64,000 nt of DNA from Candidatus Magasanikbacteria bacterium CG10_big_fil_rev_8_21_14_0_10_36_32 (GTDB lineage Bacteria > Patescibacteriota > Patescibacteriia > Magasanikbacterales > GWA2-37-8). Position numbers and translations under genes: made by a program. This document shows positions 62,737 through 64,000 of the stretch, in pieces. Every line of letters begins with the position of its first letter. The first letter of the stretch is position 1. Location: the NCBI GenBank assembly GCA_002778465.1, contig PFBV01000002.1:2312-66311 (forward strand). The letters are read 5' to 3'. Under the pieces are notes generated by a model that saw only the letters and a list, made by a program, of their open reading frames with translations, was not told the DNA's origin and did no database searches.

Positions 62737-62763
62737 ACCCCGACTTTAAGTCGGGGTTTTTAT
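62737..62763 (+). terminator. Rho-independent terminator
   Basis: ACCCCGAC-tttaa-GTCGGGGT followed by TTTTAT. Confidence 0.7.
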
Positions 62764-62828
62764 TTAGATAAACTTGTTTTTTTATTTTTTTTATTGTATT
62801 ATGCAATTTGTGAATTATTAGTTGATTT

Positions 62829-63494
62829 ATGCGTTTTGATATCTTAACTTTATTTCCAGATATTGTTCACAGCTATGGCAGTGAGAGTATTTTAAAGCGG
62901 GCGCAAAAAGCCGGCTTTATTAAAATTGCGGCGCATAATTTTAGAGATTATACCAAAGATAAACAGTGGCATGTTGATGATAAACCATATGGCGGCGGAG
63001 CCGGGATGGTTCTTCAAGTCCAACCGATTTGGGATTGTTTGAAAAATATTAAAGCATTAAAAAATAAAAAAACAAAAACATCAAAACAAAAAACGAAGAT
63101 TATTATTTTAGATCCGGCGGGAAAAAAGTTTAACCAAAGAATGGCGGAGAAATTATCCAAGCTGGACAGAGTGATTTTAATTTGCGGACGCTATGAAGGT
63201 TTTGATGAAAGAATTTATAAATTGGCTGATGAAAAAGTGTCGGTAGGCGATTATGTTTTGTCCGGCGGAGAATTGCCGGCGCTGGTAATTGTTGAGGCAG
63301 TGTCGCGGCTCATTCCTGGCGTGTTGGGAAATGAGGAATCACTGTTGAATGAAACATTTGGAAAAGGTAAATATCCGGTTTATACTCGTCCGGAAAATTT
63401 TATGGGTCAAAAAGTGCCAAAAATTCTTCTTTCAGGCGACCATAAAAAGATTAAAGAATGGCGTCAAAAAATGGCTAAGATTATCCACAAGTAA
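62829..63494 (+). CDS. trmD: tRNA (guanine37-N1)-methyltransferase
   Basis: MRFDILTLFPD, DDKPYGGGAGMV, LICGRYEGFDERI and SVGDYVLSGGELPA are TrmD motifs. Confidence 0.92.
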   Translation: MRFDILTLFPDIVHSYGSESILKRAQKAGFIKIAAHNFRDYTKDKQWHVDDKPYGGGAGMVLQVQPIWDCLKNIKALKNKKTKTSKQKTKIIILDPAGKKFNQRMAEKLSKLDRVILICGRYEGFDERIYKLADEKVSVGDYVLSGGELPALVIVEAVSRLIPGVLGNEESLLNETFGKGKYPVYTRPENFMGQKVPKILLSGDHKKIKEWRQKMAKIIHK

Positions 63495-63499
63495 AGCCC

Positions 63500-63528
63500 T
63501 TGACATATAATTTGTTTTGTGTTATTCT
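63500..63528 (+). promoter_or_regulatory. rRNA operon promoter candidate P1
   Basis: TTGACA, 17 nt spacer, TATTCT with TGn upstream. A weaker second candidate is TTGACA-N17-ACTAAT at 63684-63712. Confidence 0.4.
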
Positions 63529-63808
63529 TGTAGGGTTAAATTTAAAAAACGACCTTCACCTTTCAATATCCACAACTAAAATTTTTCTAAGTCCGCGCAG
63601 GAAACTGGAAAGAAAAAAGAGCAACTGATATTTCGGTTTCTCTTTTTTCTTTCTAAGGTGTAGAAAGTTAGAAAGAAAGTACTTTGACAACATGAATATG
63701 GCAAAAACTAATGAAGCCTAATTTTATATTCCTTTATAACATTGTAAATCCAAATTTGTTTTTGTTTCGTCATGCTTCGGTATGACCACCAAAAACAAAC
63801 TTCAAACT

Positions 63809-64000
63809 TATATTAAGAGTTTGATCCTAGCTCAGGATGAACGCTGGCGGCGTGTCTAAGGCATGCAAGTCGAGCGACGTGTTCCCCGCAAGGGGAATTA
63901 CGAGCGGCAAACGGGTGAGTAACACATTGGTAACCTACCTCTAAGTCGGGGATAGCCTGCCGAAAGGCGGATTAATACCCGATAGTAACGCGGGGGCAAA
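63809..64000 (+). rRNA. rrs: 16S rRNA, 5' ~190 nt (continues beyond the window; 5' end approximate)
   Basis: AGAGTTTGATCCTAGCTCAGGATGAACGCTGGCGGCGTG...GCAAGTCGAGCG...GGGTGAGTAACAC matches the universal 16S 5' domain (27F site at 63816). Confidence 0.92.

Overview
AT-rich window (roughly one-third GC by eye), densely packed and mostly plus-strand coding. Standard genetic code: UGA is used as a stop and an intact RF2 gene is present. Gene content suggests, by inference only, a reduced-genome CPR/Patescibacteria-type bacterium: many stand-alone receiver domains, giant surface proteins, split ComEC, ComFC, a Gram-positive-style minimal T4SS, GT-C glycosyltransferases, short SMC, no rimM, and the 16S 5' sequence. 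Housekeeping genes present: leuS (5' truncated), nusA, yidC, prfB, tsaC, rsmA/ksgA, hsp20, clpP, nrnA-like DHH, smc, rpsP, KH protein, trmD, tRNA-Ser(GCU), and the first ~190 nt of a 16S rRNA. Accessory blocks of interest: (1) 2.4-12.8 kb, a 1,903-aa repeat-rich surface protein embedded among three single-domain response regulators and a PAS histidine kinase. (2) 12.8-16 kb, ComEC split into channel and MBL genes by a methyltransferase and an inverted-repeat-flanked GIY-YIG ORF. (3) 28-46 kb, a ~2,700-aa Cys-rich secreted protein next to a seven-gene T4SS-like operon (VirB6-like, PrgI/VirB3-like, VirB4, VirB8-like candidate, three unknowns) with no relaxase or coupling protein, followed by ComFC. 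This is the best candidate for an undescribed host-interaction or DNA-transfer system. (4) A small repeat/mobile repertoire: two GIY-YIG cassettes (one duplicating the 5' part of tRNA-Ser), an ORF-less derivative, a 20-bp GC-rich palindrome, a TACCCATT..AATGGGTA hairpin family, and heptamer-periodic arrays (one in frame inside leuS). (5) An orphan promoter-terminator unit that looks like a ~240-nt ncRNA. (6) Atypically GC-rich lipoprotein genes, one pair sitting where rimM normally lies. All family assignments come from motif reading by eye. No database search was possible, and domain boundaries are approximate.
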